Shown: piece by piece, positions 60,991 through 64,000 of the stretch
Layout of the letters: each line of letters opens with the position of its first letter
Position numbering within the stretch: position 1 is the first letter of the stretch
Assembly (NCBI GenBank): GCA_030390025.1
Contig: CM059431.1
Span: 153,390,001 to 153,454,000, forward strand
From: Squalus acanthias
Taxonomy: Eukaryota
Direction: 5' to 3'
DNA length: 64,000 bases
Made by a program: the position numbers and the translations under genes
Notes under the pieces: model-generated
Told to the model about the DNA's origin: nothing
Seen by the model: the letters and a program-made list of their open reading frames with translations, nothing else
The model's database searches: none

Positions 60991-62590
60991 AATTCAAGAG
61001 GCGCTGGCTGGATGCCAGGCCTTGAATCCTGGGACTGTCCATACTCAGGATCCTGAGTTTTATTTGGTACTTTGTCTTTAATTATTTTAACTGATTTGTG
61101 TTCCTCGCTCTTGGGGGAATCATGTTTTCCAGATTCCTTTGGTAGTTTGTCGGACCGTTTATTATCTTGACGATCCTCCTGTTGGGGTGGACGTTGGTTC
61201 TGCTGGGAGTAGTTTTGATCCCCATTTCGGATTTCCCGGTAGCCCCCCATGGCTCTCTGATAGTTTTGGCCAGTGTAAAAGCTATCCCCATAGGGAGTCC
61301 ACTGTCCTTCACTTTCGTTTTGAGGTCTTGCCCGTCTTCTATCCTATCTTTCCGGGGAGAAATCTTCCTCGTATTGTGGGCGAGTTGGGGGTGTAAACCT
61401 TCTGGAATACCCTCTTGGGGGTTCCCGAGCCACGAGCTTGTGTCTGGGCGGGGTGGAATTGAGACTTGGGTCTAAACAGACCTTGTTTCTGAGTACTAAA
61501 GGTACCTTCTCCGGTTTTTATATCCCTAGTTTCTGATCACATTATAGGTTTAGTTTGGGGTAGACCTTAGAGGTAATGATTTAATTGGATAATGCGATTG
61601 AAATTTTCCCATATTTGTTGGTTATTTCGATAATCGTTTAAAACCCCCTGACAGGCAAGTTTGAGGGCTGTATTTTGGTATTTATTGGACAGGCAACCAT
61701 GGACAATGCCTCAGTTATCCTGTGTAAGTACATTGCCTAATCTGTAGGCAGCTACCAGCCCTTTAGTTGTGGCGGTATTAGTGAGTATTTCCTTGATGGA
61801 ACCCATTACATGCACTCCCTGATTTGCCGTGAGAACATAGGCGTATATTTAAACCCATTTGTTAATGGGGGAATTAAGTCTGAACTTAGTATCATTTGCA
61901 GTAGTTGCCTCAGGTGTGGGGCATTTTAATCTTGGCAAGAGGTTTCCAATTTATCAAGGTTTGTTAGAATCCAGCAGGTTTTTTTCCGGCTGGTGTTTCC
62001 CGGCTTACCACATATTGTGCAGATAGAGCTTAGGTTTACTTGTCCTTGGGGAGCAATGTGTGGTTGCTGGGTTTGGCTTACTGGACCAGTAAGCATTGCC
62101 CCACCAGCATTTAGATATGATTGAGCTAGTGCCTGTCGACATTGATTATAATGGATTCTAAGCTGTCTATATTTTTCTTGAAGATTCTGCTCATTTATTT
62201 CATCATGAACTTCCACTTCAACCGGAATCCATGTCCCCCGGGAGCTTAGGCAGCTCCTGGTCCTACTTTTCTGCCATGGTTGCCACCACCATGTTTGGCA
62301 CCATTCATTAGCCCTCCCAATTGTGCATTTGTGCACGTTATCATTAAGGAATTCAGTGGATTTGGAATATCTGTTTCAATATCCTACTGGATATTCTGTA
62401 TCAACTGATTCTGGGGATCAACATCAATCGTGCCATGAGTTCTAACTGCTCCATCGGCTTCACAGTCTCCTATTTCAAAAACTATCACTTGGTTTTGTGA
62501 AGGTAAAGGAATAGAATTATTTCCCCTAATAATGCAATCGTTTGAATTTCCTAATAAAAAGTATTGGCCAATTACGACAGGGTTTGCCAT
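60991..62590 (-). pseudogene. gag: Foamy-like gag
   Basis: ATG at 62590. The central segment VNLSSICTICGKPG...WILTNLDKLE and IKEILTNTATTKGLVAAYRLGNVLTQDN resembles the foamy Gag capsid-like domain. The tail is low-complexity and R/Q/P-rich, with no Cys-His knuckle seen. Confidence 0.75.
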
Positions 62591-62798
62591 TTCTTAAGGA
62601 CCTAATCTCGGTTAGGTTTTAACATGAAATGTATAAGAAATTTCTCGTCCTCAATGGTATATTGAGGGCGTTCTGATTTAAGTTGTACATGGCCTGATCA
62701 GGGACTTGCTGTCTCTAGAGACTTAAGTCTGGGTCATATTACCACAAAATTGAGAGGTCGCACAACACCAGGTTATAGTCCAACAGTTTTATTTGAAA

Positions 62799-62836
62799 TC
62801 ACAAGCTTTCGGAGCTATCGCTCCTTCCTCAGGTGA
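62799..62836 (-). ncRNA. Minimal type I hammerhead ribozyme motif
   Basis: Minus strand TCAC-CTGAGGA-A-GGAGC-GATA-GCTCC-GAAAGCTT-GTGA: stem I TCAC/GTGA, CUGANGA core, stem II, GAAA, and a short palindromic helix III. Confidence 0.7.
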
Positions 62837-63447
62837 AGTAAATTGGATACAGAATCGCCAGAGCATATATAGATGGAAAACAAAGCATGTGTACTTTACA
62901 ATTGCAGACCAATAAATTAAATCATCCGGACTATCTGCCGAGGTGTGATAAAGTTAATTAAGTCAGCCAGGAAGGTACCACATCAAAAGACATAGCAAGA
63001 TACAACTGAGACAATGAGGTGTAGTCGCAGGGGTTCTAACGTGTCAAAAGCTGCCGTCTGTATGTAAAACGAAAAGCTTTAAAAAAAATTACTTTTTCAC
63101 CCGGGATCTTGGGTTTATGTCACGATACATGACGTGATCCGGACTCGAGTCGTCGTTGGCTTGTTCACAGATGTGATTCCCAGTAAAAAAGTAAAAATTT
63201 TAAAGTTAATCGTTTTACATACAGACGGCAGCTTTTGGCACGTTAGACCCCATGCGACTCCACCTCATTGTCTCAGTTGTATCTTGCTATGTCTTTGATG
63301 TGGTACCTTCCTGGCTGACCTGATTAACTTTATCACACCTCGGCAGATAAACAGTCAGGATGATTGAATTTATTTGTCTGCAATTGTAAGTTACACATGC
63401 ATTGTTCTCTATCTATATATGCTTTGACGATTCTGTATCTCCTCACT

Positions 63448-63485
63448 TCACCCGACGAAGGAGTTGTAACTCCGAAAGCTTGGGA
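63448..63485 (+). ncRNA. Degenerate minimal hammerhead ribozyme motif
   Basis: TCAC-CCGACGA-A-GGAGT-TGTA-ACTCC-GAAAGCTT-GGGA. It has a U>C change in the core and a stem I mismatch. Confidence 0.5.
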
Positions 63486-63572
63486 TTTAAAATAAAACTG
63501 TTGGACTATAACCTGGTGTTGTGCGACCTCTCAATTTTGTCCACCCCAGTCCAACACCGGCATCTCCGCATC

Positions 63573-64000
63573 ATGACCACTATCGACACCACAAACTGCC
63601 GGCTCAAAGTGGAGAGAATCGCCAAGAAGATCGCGCATATCGACACCGACATCAAGTATCTACAAAGATGCAAGAAAGCAGACAAGAGCCCGAAAGGACT
63701 ACAGATCACGAACCCACTCAAGTCGACATACAACAGAGACTACGCTGAGAGACTCTGTCGTCGTACCTCTCGCACACTCCTCAACAATCTCGTACACCAG
63801 CTCTACAGCAAAAGCCACAACCTCGAAACCAAGATAGAGTCCATGCTCTCAGCCTGTGCTCAGGACACAGCAGACCAGTTACGAGACACCGCCAAACAGA
63901 CGAGGCAACGGAACTACGCTGCCTACATGCGCATCAAAAACAGGAAGCTTGAGAAACTCGGCATCACCACCAGCAGCAACCAAGCCTCCCCCGGTACCAC
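63573..64000 (+). CDS. Penelope-like element ORF, N-terminal part (incomplete)
   Basis: Stop-free frame MTTIDTTNCRLKVERIAKKIAHIDTDIKYLQRCKKADKSPKGLQI... The (F/Y)LxxC...PKGL pattern is typical of PLE N-termini. RT and GIY-YIG domains would lie beyond the window. Confidence 0.7.
   Translation, partial: MTTIDTTNCRLKVERIAKKIAHIDTDIKYLQRCKKADKSPKGLQITNPLKSTYNRDYAERLCRRTSRTLLNNLVHQLYSKSHNLETKIESMLSACAQDTADQLRDTAKQTRQRNYAAYMRIKNRKLEKLGITTSSNQASPGT

Larger units (their letters stand above)
57159..62743 (-). mobile_element. Internal region of degraded foamy-virus-like endogenous retroelement (gag-pol-short ORF)
   Basis: Gag, PR, RT, RNase H and IN occur in retroviral order, each resembling prototype foamy virus motifs as I recall them. 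There are multiple stops and frameshifts. The 5' LTR and PBS are not in the window. Confidence 0.92.
62744..64000 (+). mobile_element. Penelope-like element 5' region: inverted pseudo-LTR pair plus ORF start
   Basis: Inverted arms at about 62744-63110 and 63175-63540, hammerhead-like cores, and an ORF from 63573 running off the window. Confidence 0.85.

Noticed and set aside
61985..62030. CTICGKPG as a Gag zinc knuckle
   Set aside because: It lacks the His of CX2CX4HX4C and lies at the start of the capsid-like region, not at the Gag C-terminus.
62591..62743. tRNA primer-binding site and 5' LTR of the provirus
   Set aside because: No convincing tRNA-complementary 18-mer or LTR end is visible. 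The leader is interrupted by the Penelope element at 62744.

Overview
This is eukaryotic repeat-rich DNA, most likely from a cartilaginous fish (inferred from the style of the CR1 and Penelope elements; not checked against a database). No host gene is present. Over half of the window is a diverged 33-bp tandem satellite (consensus ATCAGGGACCCCTTTTAAAGAGGGAGTCTCACC) that switches strand three times. Embedded in it are four PIF/Harbinger transposon copies or fragments, several CR1 LINEs, Penelope-like inverted-repeat insertions carrying minimal hammerhead ribozyme motifs, and a degraded foamy-virus-like (spumaretrovirus-related) endogenous retroelement. That element has gag and pol on the minus strand at 57.2-62.7 kb, plus five LTR copies. 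The main observation is that the LTR junctions fall at the same position of the 33-bp unit, with an identical 4-bp AGAC duplication on both complete solo LTRs and a mirror-symmetric site for the one copy in opposite orientation. The only intact 3' region (15.2-17.1 kb) has no room for env. Together these suggest an env-less foamy-like retroelement that targets a satellite sequence-specifically. Three Harbinger termini independently share a register a few bases away in the same unit. All alignments were done by eye.
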